DNA from: a plasmid
Reading direction: 5' to 3' (one strand)
DNA: 29,481 bases
Sequence record: NZ_CP114643.1
The translations under genes and the position numbers were made by a program. The notes under the pieces were generated by a model. The model made no database searches. It saw nothing but the letters and a program-made list of their open reading frames with translations, and was not told the origin of the DNA. Position 1 is the first letter of the stretch. Every line of letters begins with the position of its first letter. This document shows positions 7,978 to 17,840 of this stretch, in pieces.

Positions 7978-8727
7978 CTAATTAAGTAACTCATGAATTT
8001 TACGTCTAATATCATAAATCCCAAATCTACTAGATTCATCTATAATAGCTTGTCCTGTAACTCTTAAGTTAGAGATAGCGTTTGTTATATCAATTAAGAT
8101 GCTTTTTAGAGTTTGAGAATCATTTCTAATATCAATTTTATTAGATTTGATTAGGATCTTATTTTTGGCAGTTAAATCAAGGTTATAATTTGCATTTATA
8201 TCAATGTCATCATTAGATGTGATTAAAACGTCATCTTTGGTTGTTATACTAAGATCAGTACAATTAATATTGATATTTTGATTAGCATTTATGTTGGTAT
8301 TATCTGAGTGTATATCGATTTGGTTATCAGATGTAAGTTCAAGTTTATTATTGGTTTTTAAGGATATATGCTCACAAGCCATTTCTAGATATTTAGGATC
8401 TATAATACTTAAAATATAGAAATGACTTTTATCAAAATTAATGTCATCATCAGGATTAAAAAGATTGATACTAGATTGCAGTAGTAATACCATCTCTCCT
8501 TGTTTTGGATTTATATTGATATTTGATATATTATGTGTATCAATTTCAAGGTTATCAAATTCTTCCAGGATTACAACACCTTTTTGAGACGCATGATCAA
8601 AAGTTTTAATTTTGCCTATTTTAGTAATAAAAATATTACTAAATATCCATAGTTTTATTTCCTCTTGTGTTAGTGCTGTCCCATATAAATTTTGATTCAT
8701 TCTGTAAAGATCATAGTTTAGCGACAT
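7978..8727 (-). CDS. Baseplate central spike protein (beta-helix repeats)
   Basis: C-terminal half is made of short Asn/Ile/Asp-rich repeats (NINANQNININCTDLSITTKDDVLITSNDDIDINANYNLDLTAKNKILIKSNKIDI). These resemble gp5/gpV-type spike beta-helices. Confidence 0.4.
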   Translation of the reverse strand: MSLNYDLYRMNQNLYGTALTQEEIKLWIFSNIFITKIGKIKTFDHASQKGVVILEEFDNLEIDTHNISNININPKQGEMVLLLQSSINLFNPDDDINFDKSHFYILSIIDPKYLEMACEHISLKTNNKLELTSDNQIDIHSDNTNINANQNININCTDLSITTKDDVLITSNDDIDINANYNLDLTAKNKILIKSNKIDIRNDSQTLKSILIDITNAISNLRVTGQAIIDESSRFGIYDIRRKIHELLN

Positions 8728-8751
8728 GCGCTCTCCTTTTAAATTAAGCTT

Positions 8752-9675
8752 TCACTTTAAGTTATCTATTATGACATGATTAGAGTCATCATAAAGTTTA
8801 AGAATTAATGAACACTCAGAGTAGTTACTAAGAATTGCTGATACGTCCTCAATAGTATTTTTAATAGTATTTCCCATGTTATCAATAAAGGATACCTTGT
8901 CTGCAACTCTAAGTGCATGAGTATAGGTGACCTTAGCATTCCACCTTATTTGTGTAACTTTGTAGTTAGGCCCGATTGAAATTTCCTGTTGAGGGATAAA
9001 CTCTAATCCATAATCCTCAAGTGGTTCATAATAAGTATTAGTATCACTCTTTGTATTGTTGGTAAAAATAAAGTTACATTCAACTGAATTATCCGCATTG
9101 CCAATATCAGGAATAACTCTTTGTATATACTTATGAGACATCTTAGAGATAAATTCTTGGGGGGTTTGGGCAGTAATGTTTTCAGTAATAATTCTACTTT
9201 TATCAGCATAGCTCATTTTAATAATATTTTTACCAGGAAATACCCATTCGATAGCTTGAGAGACAGACATACCTATAAATTGTTTGTTTTTAAGATCACG
9301 TTTAAAGAAATTATCTTTAGTAGCTAGGTGTAGAGTAATCTCAACAGCAAAATCTCCACTAGGATAATCAGTACTCATAGGTACACCAATATAACCAGAT
9401 GAAATAAATTGAAAACTTGGTTGGTGATAATATTTTTTATAAAATATCTTAACAACATCACCTTGCCTGAGGTTAGAAGTAAAGTCTAAGGGTAAATTCC
9501 AAAGTACAAGTTTTACTTGTTTGGCCTTCACATAACTAAAACTAGAATAGACATTTGAAATAGATATATCAACATGAATGCCATCTTGAGTATCAATTAT
9601 GATATAAGGTGAGGTACTTTCTTTGAGTGTTGAGGATACCTTATAAAATTCAATTTTAAAATCATATTTAAGCAT
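8752..9675 (-). CDS. Baseplate hub / tail protein (Mu gpP or P2 gpD-like position)
   Basis: 307-aa ORF between the tape-measure-proximal gene and the spike. Called by synteny only. Confidence 0.3.
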   Translation of the reverse strand: MLKYDFKIEFYKVSSTLKESTSPYIIIDTQDGIHVDISISNVYSSFSYVKAKQVKLVLWNLPLDFTSNLRQGDVVKIFYKKYYHQPSFQFISSGYIGVPMSTDYPSGDFAVEITLHLATKDNFFKRDLKNKQFIGMSVSQAIEWVFPGKNIIKMSYADKSRIITENITAQTPQEFISKMSHKYIQRVIPDIGNADNSVECNFIFTNNTKSDTNTYYEPLEDYGLEFIPQQEISIGPNYKVTQIRWNAKVTYTHALRVADKVSFIDNMGNTIKNTIEDVSAILSNYSECSLILKLYDDSNHVIIDNLK

Positions 9676-9680
9676 TGGTG

Positions 9681-10331
9681 TTACCTTTTAGGAATTGTTT
9701 CTATTTTTGTATTTTGTGTTTTGTAAATTTCTTTACTTATATCTAATCCATTTTCTTTCTTTAGTGAGGCATTATAATGAAATTTTTTTAGTGTAAATGT
9801 TTTAATAACTTCCATATTTAAACTAACTTCAACCTCATCAATGTAGGGTGTATCTTTAAATGAGATTGAATTTATAACAATTAAATCTTTAATACCAAAT
9901 GTTGGACTATAAGCAGTAAATAACACTTGAGCTTGAAGTCTTTGAGCAAGTTGTTCTTTTGCCAAATTCCCATCAAATGCTAAGAGTGCATTACCAAAAG
10001 GAGTAGATTTAAGCAAACTTATCATTTCTCTGTAAGGACTTGTGAGTATTCCTTTATGCAGAGATATAAATTCACCTGTTAGTGTGGGGTTATAGCTAAC
10101 ATATTCAGCTTTACGAGAGTAATAATTTATAACAGGTCTTTTTGTGCATGTGGTGTTATAAGTTCTGTTAAGTAGTTCATTCTTGGGTTGAATAAAAAAT
10201 AATTGGGGTAAGTATTGTAAACCTTTAAGATCAGGTCTTGGGAATAATAATATAAAATTATGATTGATAAATGATGATGATATTTGCGTTAATATATCTT
10301 TGATTAAGTTTAATATTTCAGCAGAATTCAT
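9681..10331 (-). CDS. Tail protein following the tape measure (Mu gpN / P2 gpU-like position)
   Basis: The annotated ORF extends to 10460. Start reassigned to the ATG at 10331 (MNSAEILNLIKDIL), directly after the tape-measure stop at 10342 and with a G-rich RBS. Confidence 0.3.
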   Translation of the reverse strand: MNSAEILNLIKDILTQISSSFINHNFILLFPRPDLKGLQYLPQLFFIQPKNELLNRTYNTTCTKRPVINYYSRKAEYVSYNPTLTGEFISLHKGILTSPYREMISLLKSTPFGNALLAFDGNLAKEQLAQRLQAQVLFTAYSPTFGIKDLIVINSISFKDTPYIDEVEVSLNMEVIKTFTLKKFHYNASLKKENGLDISKEIYKTQNTKIETIPKR

Positions 10332-10341
10332 ACCTAACCCC

Positions 10342-11607
10342 CTAAGGAATCCTAGTAGAGTCATCACCACCTGTATGAGTAGTATGCTTATAATATGCCC
10401 CAAGACTTGAACCACCATCACCACCAAGGAAGCTTGGTAGTATTGATTTAAGTTTGGCAAAAAAGTACTCTAGAGAAAATATGCTTTTAATATTTTGTAT
10501 AAGTGGATTAATAATATCCTTTTCTAAATCAAAGTTGCGTGTCCAAGTAATTATTTGCAGCAAGTATTTTGATATAGGTGTTAGAATATCACTAGTTATG
10601 TTTTTAAGCTCATCATCTAATTTTTTAATATCACTATGAGTATTTTCAACCAGTCCTAAGTTTTTTGTAAGACCCAGTGAGGTAAAATCACGTAGCATGT
10701 GTTCTAACATTTCAGAAGCAATGTTTGGGTCATAAATTACATTTGATTCATATCTGTCTTTAGAATATTCTAAGTATTTACTTCCAAAATCGTCAAATTG
10801 ACTCATTAAAGCAAATGTAGAGTCGCCCTTACCAGAGAGTAGGTCTGCTATTGATGATATGGCTTGGTCAGTTGAGAGTATACCACTGCCTTTAATTTTA
10901 GCTGCAAATTCAACGGCTTTTAAGAGTGTATCTTTGTTATGAATGCCCATGTTTTTAAGCGTGCTCTTAATAACTCCAGCTTTGTTTAAGAAGTCTTCTC
11001 TCTCTATTCCTGAGTGGAACGATTTAATGCCTTTGAGTTTACCAAGTATAGTTGTTTTCTCATCACTGTTAAAGAATTTAGAGCTAATTAGGGACATTCT
11101 CGCTTGATTTGATTTTTCTTTAAGAGCATTGATTGCGTATCTTGCAAAATTAGACATAGCATTAGATGCTACATTACCAATAGCTGAACCAATTGCAATA
11201 GGGACAGTGATACTTTTTCTAGCTTGTTTGATTAACTTATTTTTTTGTTTAGTATCTTCTTGTAAGTGTTTATATTCTAATGCTCGTAAATCTTTGGATG
11301 ACATAAGTGAGCGCTTAAAAGCTTCATATCGTGCTTTGTGAAATGTGTGACCTTTCTTAATTAGTTTTTTAGTCTCACTAAGTCTAAACTTTTCTATTCT
11401 TTCTCTTAAATGTTCATATTTGTTTTGTTTTTGAAGTGATAGTTTTTTTTCATTTAAATTATACTTAATAAATTCTTTACTACTTCCCAATGTTATTCGT
11501 TTAGGTGTAATTAAATGTTCTAGTTTGGAGATATCCTTTTCTAATGATTTACGTGTTGCTGCATGATCTAGTGTCCCTTTAAATTTAATTGTAAATTTAT
11601 CATTCAT
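10342..11607 (-). CDS. Tail tape measure protein
   Basis: 421 aa, largely alpha-helical and charged. Small-residue segment AIGSAIGNVASNAMSNFARYAINAL and Gly-rich C-terminus GGDGGSSLG. Lies immediately after the chaperone pair and before the baseplate genes. Confidence 0.5.
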   Translation of the reverse strand: MNDKFTIKFKGTLDHAATRKSLEKDISKLEHLITPKRITLGSSKEFIKYNLNEKKLSLQKQNKYEHLRERIEKFRLSETKKLIKKGHTFHKARYEAFKRSLMSSKDLRALEYKHLQEDTKQKNKLIKQARKSITVPIAIGSAIGNVASNAMSNFARYAINALKEKSNQARMSLISSKFFNSDEKTTILGKLKGIKSFHSGIEREDFLNKAGVIKSTLKNMGIHNKDTLLKAVEFAAKIKGSGILSTDQAISSIADLLSGKGDSTFALMSQFDDFGSKYLEYSKDRYESNVIYDPNIASEMLEHMLRDFTSLGLTKNLGLVENTHSDIKKLDDELKNITSDILTPISKYLLQIITWTRNFDLEKDIINPLIQNIKSIFSLEYFFAKLKSILPSFLGGDGGSSLGAYYKHTTHTGGDDSTRIP

Positions 11608-11615
11608 AAGTAACC

Positions 11616-11852
11616 CTACTTAGCTAGAATAAGTTCTAGTATTTGCTTTTCTAACTTGGCACAAGCTATGTTATTAACCTCAACAAGTTCATCATAGTAC
11701 ATAACTTTAACTTCACTATAAGAACAAACATTTGCAAATACTGGAAGCCAGTATTTATTGTTTTGAACCCTTTCAATTAAATTAAAGTAACGCTCTTTAA
11801 CTATTTCAATATTTTTTATAAAATTCATTGTTTCTTTATTATAGTTATGCAC
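11616..11852 (-). CDS. Tail assembly chaperone, downstream frameshift partner (gpT/E'-like)
   Basis: 78-aa ORF overlapping the 3' end of the preceding chaperone ORF by 8 nt in another frame. This is the classical G/GT arrangement between tube and tape measure. Confidence 0.3.
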   Translation of the reverse strand: MHNYNKETMNFIKNIEIVKERYFNLIERVQNNKYWLPVFANVCSYSEVKVMYYDELVEVNNIACAKLEKQILELILAK

Positions 11853-12288
11853 AAATGTGTCCTGTATTTTTTATATTATTAACTACATATTCATAATTAA
11901 ACTGTGCATCATTGATGTAATCAAATACAACAAAATCACCTACATTGTTTTGATATTCTTTAAGGAAAATAAAAGATGGATTTTTAAATTCAGCATCTAA
12001 ATGAAAGGTATTGAACTGCACACAGTATATAATTGCAATGAGATAATCTTTATAATAAGTTGCAAACTCTCTATTATTATCAAGTATAAGATAAAACTCA
12101 TCTATGAATCCAGGCTTTATCATTAAATTAGTAATTTCTCTTAAGTATTTGATGTCGTAAAGTTTTTGGGTGCCATCCTGTTGAGAAAATCCAAGTACTA
12201 AGTCCCACTCGTACATTGGAAGTACTTTTAATGGATACTGGTGTGTTTTATCTTTACTTAAGATGTGCATTGTATATCGTGTAATCAT
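11845..12288 (-). CDS. Tail assembly chaperone (gpG/E-like)
   Basis: Start reassigned to the ATG at 12288 (MITRYTMHIL...) with RBS AAAGGAG, just after the tube stop at 12299. The ORF-track start at 12447 would overlap the tube gene by 149 nt. Confidence 0.35.
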   Translation of the reverse strand: MITRYTMHILSKDKTHQYPLKVLPMYEWDLVLGFSQQDGTQKLYDIKYLREITNLMIKPGFIDEFYLILDNNREFATYYKDYLIAIIYCVQFNTFHLDAEFKNPSFIFLKEYQNNVGDFVVFDYINDAQFNYEYVVNNIKNTGHICA

Positions 12289-12298
12289 TGTGACTCCT

Positions 12299-12727
12299 TT
12301 AATGTATTTTATGTATTTTTTCGCAATTAACTGCTCTAATCTCAAATGTAACCTTTTCAGCCTCAGCAGAGTAACTTCTTGAGGGTTCCTCAGTAAATAC
12401 TGCAGTATTACTAATAATTTTTGTTGCAATATGGTCATTAAATACAAGGTCTAGTATCTTATCATGTTTACTTATATTCATGTTATAAAACTGCTCATCA
12501 GCAAGTTGTGTTAGCAGGATATAATCTTGACTACCAAGTGTCACTTCAATGTTAAAGATATAAGTAATGGTTTTAGGATCTCTAAAGCTAACTACAGGCA
12601 TACCCCGATCCTCACTACTAATTACTGCCCTTGAGGAAGGTTCAGTTGTAATTTCTAATTTACCACTGTTAATTTGCTTACCACCTATTGAGAAGTAAAT
12701 ATCTTTTATGTTAAATAAGTTATTCAA
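12299..12727 (-). CDS. Tail tube protein
   Basis: 142 aa, directly downstream of the sheath-size gene and upstream of the chaperone pair and tape measure (Mu gpM / P2 FII position). Confidence 0.4.
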   Translation of the reverse strand: MNNLFNIKDIYFSIGGKQINSGKLEITTEPSSRAVISSEDRGMPVVSFRDPKTITYIFNIEVTLGSQDYILLTQLADEQFYNMNISKHDKILDLVFNDHIATKIISNTAVFTEEPSRSYSAEAEKVTFEIRAVNCEKIHKIH

Positions 12728-12730
12728 AGT

Positions 12731-13855
12731 TTATGACCTCCTATTATGAGTGTTTAAGTAATCACCAATGTCTTGTGAGGTGATATTAAGAGTCACACTA
12801 TTCATGCTGAAGTTGTAAATAATACCTACAGATAATGATAGATCTAAGTTGGTACTTGGGTTTATCTTCATGCTAAGATCTTTGTAGGAGACAATAATAC
12901 CTTGATCAATAAAGGTTTTAAGCGTGCACTCTAAAGCGGCAGTGTAAGCATTATCTCTCTTCCCATCAAGTTGCAGACTAGATAATTTACTGTTAGCTCT
13001 ATTATTGAAGTTCCATACTCTAATTAACTTGGATGTAAGTTCATATTTGATGTAATGGTATGTAAATATCTCATCAATTGGGGATCCATCAAGAGTTACT
13101 CCTTCTTTGAATGCAGGAATGCCATCAAGACCAGTTTCATTAAGGAGTGAGTAAAAGTTAATATTAGCACTTCTAAGTTTACTGATTGTGTCACTATCAG
13201 TAATAGGGTGTATCCCGTTAAACTTTACTCCATAAGGGTTCACAGCATGAAACATGCTAGCTTCATGTAAGTATTTAGATATGAATCTTAAGTTAAGATG
13301 TTCTTCTGCCTTAGAGTGGATAACAATAATCCTAGATTTAGTGTTAGTAGCATCTGTAAAGAGCGCTTTTATTTCAGACTCTTTGGTTGCAAATACAAAG
13401 AAATGCTTATCTTCTTTAAAATGTGTGTAGTCATCTTTGTAAAGAGTAATCCCATCACCACCATCACTTGAATAAGTATTAATAAGGGTAATAAAAGTAT
13501 TTCTGTTTTGTATTAGCTCTGTTTTAATTGCTTGTGCCGCTGTAGATTCCTTGTATATAAGTAGTTTAACTGATCTTAGGCCCGCATCTCCATAGGAGAA
13601 AAATGCACATAGTGCCCGCTTAAGGTATGCTTTCTCATTATTAAATTCTGTCTCATCATTACTCCCTTCTTTCTCTAGGGTATCAATTAGTTTTTCAAAG
13701 TTATTTATATTCAAGTGTAGTATCTTTACTTTGGGTGTTGATGATGCAAGCTTAATTTTTGCACATTTATATACAAGTAGTGGCTGGTAGTAATTTACAT
13801 TTTTGATGTCTAATGTTTCATGAATTAAATTGACATTAATTGTATCTTGTGGCAT
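12731..13855 (-). CDS. Contractile tail sheath protein
   Basis: 374-aa ORF followed by a tube-sized gene, as in the sheath-tube-chaperone-TMP order of myoviruses. Confidence 0.4.
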   Translation of the reverse strand: MPQDTINVNLIHETLDIKNVNYYQPLLVYKCAKIKLASSTPKVKILHLNINNFEKLIDTLEKEGSNDETEFNNEKAYLKRALCAFFSYGDAGLRSVKLLIYKESTAAQAIKTELIQNRNTFITLINTYSSDGGDGITLYKDDYTHFKEDKHFFVFATKESEIKALFTDATNTKSRIIVIHSKAEEHLNLRFISKYLHEASMFHAVNPYGVKFNGIHPITDSDTISKLRSANINFYSLLNETGLDGIPAFKEGVTLDGSPIDEIFTYHYIKYELTSKLIRVWNFNNRANSKLSSLQLDGKRDNAYTAALECTLKTFIDQGIIVSYKDLSMKINPSTNLDLSLSVGIIYNFSMNSVTLNITSQDIGDYLNTHNRRS

Positions 13856-14155
13856 TTACCTCTCCTTTGGTGTTTCTATTATTTGTACATTGGCTTTAAA
13901 TGAACTGCTGGCACAGTATGCTAAGCTTTCATGCGTAGAGTGTAGTTTTAAGGCACCACTTTGATTTAAGTTTGACGTATTATAAATATATATGTTAATT
14001 AAAGTAATATACTCATTAGAATCAATGATAAATGTGTTTTGTTTTCCGTAATAAAGGAAATCACTAAATTGTGAGTATAACTCTAGTACTCTTGTATATG
14101 CATTTTTTTGAGGTTTGTTTTGTATAAAACAAATGAAATACAGTGTAAAGAGCAT
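13856..14155 (-). CDS. Hypothetical head-tail joining/tail completion protein (start uncertain)
   Basis: 99-aa ORF whose first about 30 codons overlap the upstream gene in another frame. No internal Met, so the true start may be a non-ATG codon. Confidence 0.2.
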   Translation of the reverse strand: MLFTLYFICFIQNKPQKNAYTRVLELYSQFSDFLYYGKQNTFIIDSNEYITLINIYIYNTSNLNQSGALKLHSTHESLAYCASSSFKANVQIIETPKER

Positions 14156-14390
14156 ACGTCATTTCATTGACGTTATCATAAAATGCACCTGTACGCATGT
14201 TATGATTAAATAAACCCTCAACATTATCAAACTTAATAACTAAAACATTTTCATTATCTACTGTAAGCTTTGACATATATGGATGGTTGTACGTGTTAAT
14301 GACTTGTATATCAAACTGTGTAACAAATTCTTTAAAGTTTTTCAGTATAGTAATTATGTATTTTTGTATATTGTAAATATCAAGTATCAT
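14064..14390 (-). CDS. Head-tail connector/tail completion protein candidate
   Basis: 108 aa, translationally coupled (4-nt overlap) in a run of four 108-127 aa genes between the capsid candidate and the sheath. Confidence 0.3.
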   Translation of the reverse strand: MILDIYNIQKYIITILKNFKEFVTQFDIQVINTYNHPYMSKLTVDNENVLVIKFDNVEGLFNHNMRTGAFYDNVNEMTYALYTVFHLFYTKQTSKKCIYKSTRVILTI

Positions 14391-14758
14391 GTATGGGTCC
14401 TAGCCTGAATTGAATCAAGCATTAATCCAGTATCAATTAGTGGTGTTGTTGGGTGTGCACTTTCCTTAGCTCGCTTAGCATTAATAGTTTTAGTTGATAG
14501 TTTAGGTGTTATTTGGCCTGCTAGGACATAGTCTTTATAAAAGTGAATAAATAACTCTCCAAAAGATCTCATACCAACCTCAATACCTTTATTAAATTCA
14601 CCATGCATATAAGGGGTATTAATATACTCCTTAAACGCACTTGAGGATGCTACCTTGTGTAGGTGACTTCTAGTAGGCATCTTATCACTTCCAAGCTCAT
14701 GCATAAGTGCGACATTTGCTCGCAAGTCAAACCAACCAATCTCAAGCTCTATGTCCAT
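14387..14758 (-). CDS. Head-tail connector/adaptor protein candidate
   Basis: 123 aa, coupled to its neighbours. Position typical of head completion and neck genes. Confidence 0.3.
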   Translation of the reverse strand: MDIELEIGWFDLRANVALMHELGSDKMPTRSHLHKVASSSAFKEYINTPYMHGEFNKGIEVGMRSFGELFIHFYKDYVLAGQITPKLSTKTINAKRAKESAHPTTPLIDTGLMLDSIQARTHT

Positions 14759-15123
14759 GCTATCCTCCGTAAAATGAGTGTCTTGTACCCCAAGCTATAA
14801 TCAAGTTTAATTATTTCAAAGTACTCCTCATCCAGTGCTACTCTGTCTTGAATATCAAATTCTAAGTTTGCATATGTATAAAGCTTAGCTAAGTGACTTG
14901 AGTCAAATAGACCGGAATCTTCAATTAAACTAAGCTCACGCTCAGAGATATCAATAATAATTCCAACAAACTCTGTGTAAGTATGTTTACTAAATGTAAT
15001 CTCATTACTTTGCAACTCTTCATCTCTGTCGTGTATCCCTTTATAAAACTTAAATAATGCTTCCTCAGCAAACCTATTTATCATACGGGTTGCCATACTG
15101 GAGATTCTATTGCGCAGGTTCAT
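14749..15123 (-). CDS. Head-tail connector/adaptor protein candidate
   Basis: 124 aa, start overlapping the upstream stop. Acidic protein. Confidence 0.3.
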   Translation of the reverse strand: MNLRNRISSMATRMINRFAEEALFKFYKGIHDRDEELQSNEITFSKHTYTEFVGIIIDISERELSLIEDSGLFDSSHLAKLYTYANLEFDIQDRVALDEEYFEIIKLDYSLGYKTLILRRIAWT

Positions 15124-15506
15124 TACACAACTCCTATGGTTTTATGTGCATTAGATTTAATTTGTGTTACAAGATTTTCAAAATGAGTGCAATAATCTAC
15201 CAAGTTACTACTACCCTCTTGCTGGTAATAATCAATCTCAAGCTCACCAAGTTTTTCCTTTTTTACTTGTACAAATTCATTTATTACTCCATAACGCCTA
15301 AGTTGGCATCCTAGGTGATAGGTTAGTAGTAGTGATAACTGATTAGCATTAAGTGAATTTAAGTTAATTCCACGTGTTGAAAGAATCATTTCAAGTAAAT
15401 TTGATTGGACTTTAAACATATCAAAGCTTAAATCTGAGTCACTTACACCAAGAGAAGCTTTAATGTTATTGTATATTTCTTTAAATCCATCAGACTCACT
15501 ACTCAT
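15123..15506 (-). CDS. Head completion protein candidate
   Basis: 127-aa ORF directly after the capsid-sized gene. Confidence 0.3.
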   Translation of the reverse strand: MSSESDGFKEIYNNIKASLGVSDSDLSFDMFKVQSNLLEMILSTRGINLNSLNANQLSLLLTYHLGCQLRRYGVINEFVQVKKEKLGELEIDYYQQEGSSNLVDYCTHFENLVTQIKSNAHKTIGVV

Positions 15507-15510
15507 ACTT

Positions 15511-16482
15511 TTAACTTTGCTTAATATTAACTCTTAATATGCTTTTTCCTGTTGCAATAAGTCCGCCAAGCACAAAGTCAAGATATGAATATGCAACATC
15601 AGTTGAATCTTTATCTATTTGTTCATTGGGCATTGGTAACATGTACTTACTAGGTTTGAATTTAATTAGTTCTGCATTTAATGGATATATAAGTATTTGG
15701 TTTGATAGTAAGTTACTTGTTTGCACACAAACGTCTTTTCTATTATTAACAGCTTTAATAGTCTTAATTAGCAAATCTTCCCATGAATCAGTTGAAGAAC
15801 AAATATGAGAATTTGATGATGATGGTATTGCATATGACTTAACAAGTTTTAAACTTGTTTTAGGGTCAACTAGTACCATCATAGGAGTTGAGAACTCATC
15901 ACCAAGTTCTAACTTTGAGAGACCCTCTTCAATCTTTTCAAATATCTTATCCATTTTATCTTTATTGGAAGCCTCAACATCTTCTTTAATCTGATCTGGT
16001 ATATTAAGTAAGCCGTACATATTAGGAAGCAGACGCTTTTGATTCTTACCATCTTTTTTTATTGTGACAGTACCAGTTAAAATAAAGTGATTTATAAGTT
16101 TAATAATCTCATTACTAGCAAGTTTATACGCCTCACCAAATGGAAGTAAATTGTTATTTACATCACCTGCGTAATCATCATTTTGGTAATACTGCTGTGA
16201 GGATTGCTTTAAATGTCTAAACTTGTATTGTAATTTAAGATAGTGCAGTTGAGCTGTATCTGACCTAAAAATAGTTGAGATACTCCTAACTTCATTAATT
16301 AATGTTGTAGGATTAGCATTAAGAAATGCGTCCCATTTAATTGTTTTCAGGTATCCTGTCTTTAAGTCAACGTCCTCTATTTGCTCACTAGCAAACCACT
16401 CATAAAATACTGGTAATTTAATTTGGGGAAATATATTTGATATTTCTTTAGCATAATAGTTTTGATCATATAAATCTGACAT
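15511..16482 (-). CDS. Major capsid protein candidate
   Basis: 323 aa (HK97-fold size range). Follows the scaffold-like gene and paralog trio and precedes the connector genes. Called by position only. Confidence 0.3.
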   Translation of the reverse strand: MSDLYDQNYYAKEISNIFPQIKLPVFYEWFASEQIEDVDLKTGYLKTIKWDAFLNANPTTLINEVRSISTIFRSDTAQLHYLKLQYKFRHLKQSSQQYYQNDDYAGDVNNNLLPFGEAYKLASNEIIKLINHFILTGTVTIKKDGKNQKRLLPNMYGLLNIPDQIKEDVEASNKDKMDKIFEKIEEGLSKLELGDEFSTPMMVLVDPKTSLKLVKSYAIPSSSNSHICSSTDSWEDLLIKTIKAVNNRKDVCVQTSNLLSNQILIYPLNAELIKFKPSKYMLPMPNEQIDKDSTDVAYSYLDFVLGGLIATGKSILRVNIKQS

Positions 16483-16494
16483 TTGTAATCTCCT

Positions 16495-17052
16495 TTAACT
16501 TGGTTTACCTTTATTACCATAAATAGCTACATGAACCAAACAAATTTTTTTCTCAGCATCAAGGTCTATGACGTCTGATAATGCTATGGCATTAATTTTG
16601 CTATTATTTGAGGTATCTTTTTCAAGCTCACCATTTGAATCAAATTTAAGCTTATCTTTTCTTTTGATACTACTGTTTTGTTTTGCAACTAAGTATCCAG
16701 TAAATTCATTTGTTATTGGAAGTACTGTTGCAGTACTAGTAAACTCATCTATATCTATGCATATACCGTAAATATCATCCTCACCCCCAACCTCAACATG
16801 AGGTTCATATTCTGTATCAATTACTTGTTTCACACCACGTTTATATGGATACCCCTTAAAGAAGAAATTTTCTAATTTGTCATATCTACTAGTAACAGTG
16901 CCCCCTTGATTAGCGAAGTGTAAATTTTTATCTCTAAAATCAACCCTGTTACTAAAGGTACTACTATCATTAGTAGGATTTTTCATTTGTTTTTTTAGCT
17001 TTTTAAGCTTGTCTTGATAATCAGTTACTAACTGAGTTACATTTGTTGACAT
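16495..17052 (-). CDS. Head-module paralog 3 of 3 (unknown function)
   Basis: 185 aa. Shares a conserved core with the 17840..18397 and 17076..17840 genes (FANQGGT.TS, GYPYKRGVK, HVEVGG, YGICIDIDEFTSTA.VLPITN.FTGYLV). Confidence 0.4.
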   Translation of the reverse strand: MSTNVTQLVTDYQDKLKKLKKQMKNPTNDSSTFSNRVDFRDKNLHFANQGGTVTSRYDKLENFFFKGYPYKRGVKQVIDTEYEPHVEVGGEDDIYGICIDIDEFTSTATVLPITNEFTGYLVAKQNSSIKRKDKLKFDSNGELEKDTSNNSKINAIALSDVIDLDAEKKICLVHVAIYGNKGKPS

Positions 17053-17075
17053 CTAACTCTCCTAACCTATAGGTT

Positions 17076-17840
17076 TTAAGAAACTGCCTTATTACCATAA
17101 AGTGATATTTTTATTAAATGCAGTTTGTAATCTTCTTGCTCTTTTTTAGATTCATCATCAGTAAGTTGCAGCGTATATATACTTGATAATGCAATGGCAT
17201 TAATTGATACTTGTGAGTAACTTGATGCTTTAATAACTCTTCCATATGAATCAAAATCTAATTTATCACCAACATTAATGCCACTAGAGCTTGCTGCAAC
17301 TAAATATCCTTGGAAGTTATTTGTTATTGGCATTACTGTTGCTACATTCCTATACTCATCAATGTCAATGCATATCCCATACATATTCTTACCATCAGAC
17401 ACCTCAACAGAGATTGAATCAGGTTTTGTAGTTTCAACTTTTAATTTAACTGCTCGTTTATACGGAAATCCTATAGCAGTGTATTCCTCTATCTTGTCAG
17501 TACTACTTGACACAGCTTGAGAGATAGCATCAAATGTTATGTTTTTATCTCTAAAATCAGCTTGAGGTTTAAATACTGCTCTATCATAATTAAAGCTTTT
17601 AGAGTATTTCTTTAACTTTAATATATAGTCTTTAAGTGTCTTACCCTCAGTAGTTTCTAGAACTGGTGCATGCCTCTTGCCTCTCCTTTTGCCTCCTGAT
17701 GTATGGATATGTGATTCTTGTTCTAATTGTTGTTTTAAAGACTCTACAATCTCAGTATCATCCATTGAAGCATACATTTCAGGATCAAGTGATTCATTTG
17801 GTCTTAAGCTTGGCGTTTGTTGTTCCTTACTACGCAGCAT
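17076..17840 (-). CDS. Head-module paralog 2 of 3 with N-terminal extension (unknown function)
   Basis: 254 aa. C-terminal 180 aa is paralogous to the flanking genes (GFPYKRAVK, YGICIDIDEYRNVATVMPITNNFQGYLV). Extra N-terminal 70 aa are acidic then basic (GGKRRGKRHAP). Confidence 0.4.
   Translation of the reverse strand: MLRSKEQQTPSLRPNESLDPEMYASMDDTEIVESLKQQLEQESHIHTSGGKRRGKRHAPVLETTEGKTLKDYILKLKKYSKSFNYDRAVFKPQADFRDKNITFDAISQAVSSSTDKIEEYTAIGFPYKRAVKLKVETTKPDSISVEVSDGKNMYGICIDIDEYRNVATVMPITNNFQGYLVAASSSGINVGDKLDFDSYGRVIKASSYSQVSINAIALSSIYTLQLTDDESKKEQEDYKLHLIKISLYGNKAVS

Noticed and set aside
9003-9327. Two 68-aa ORFs (one on each strand) inside the 8752..9675 gene
   Set aside because: Embedded in or antisense to a long coupled late gene. 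No independent start signals.
10454-11341. + strand ORFs 10454..10639 and 11129..11341
   Set aside because: Antisense to the tape-measure gene. Short, no RBS.
15057-15808. + strand ORFs 15057..15314 and 15539..15808
   Set aside because: Antisense to tightly packed late genes. Composition artefact.
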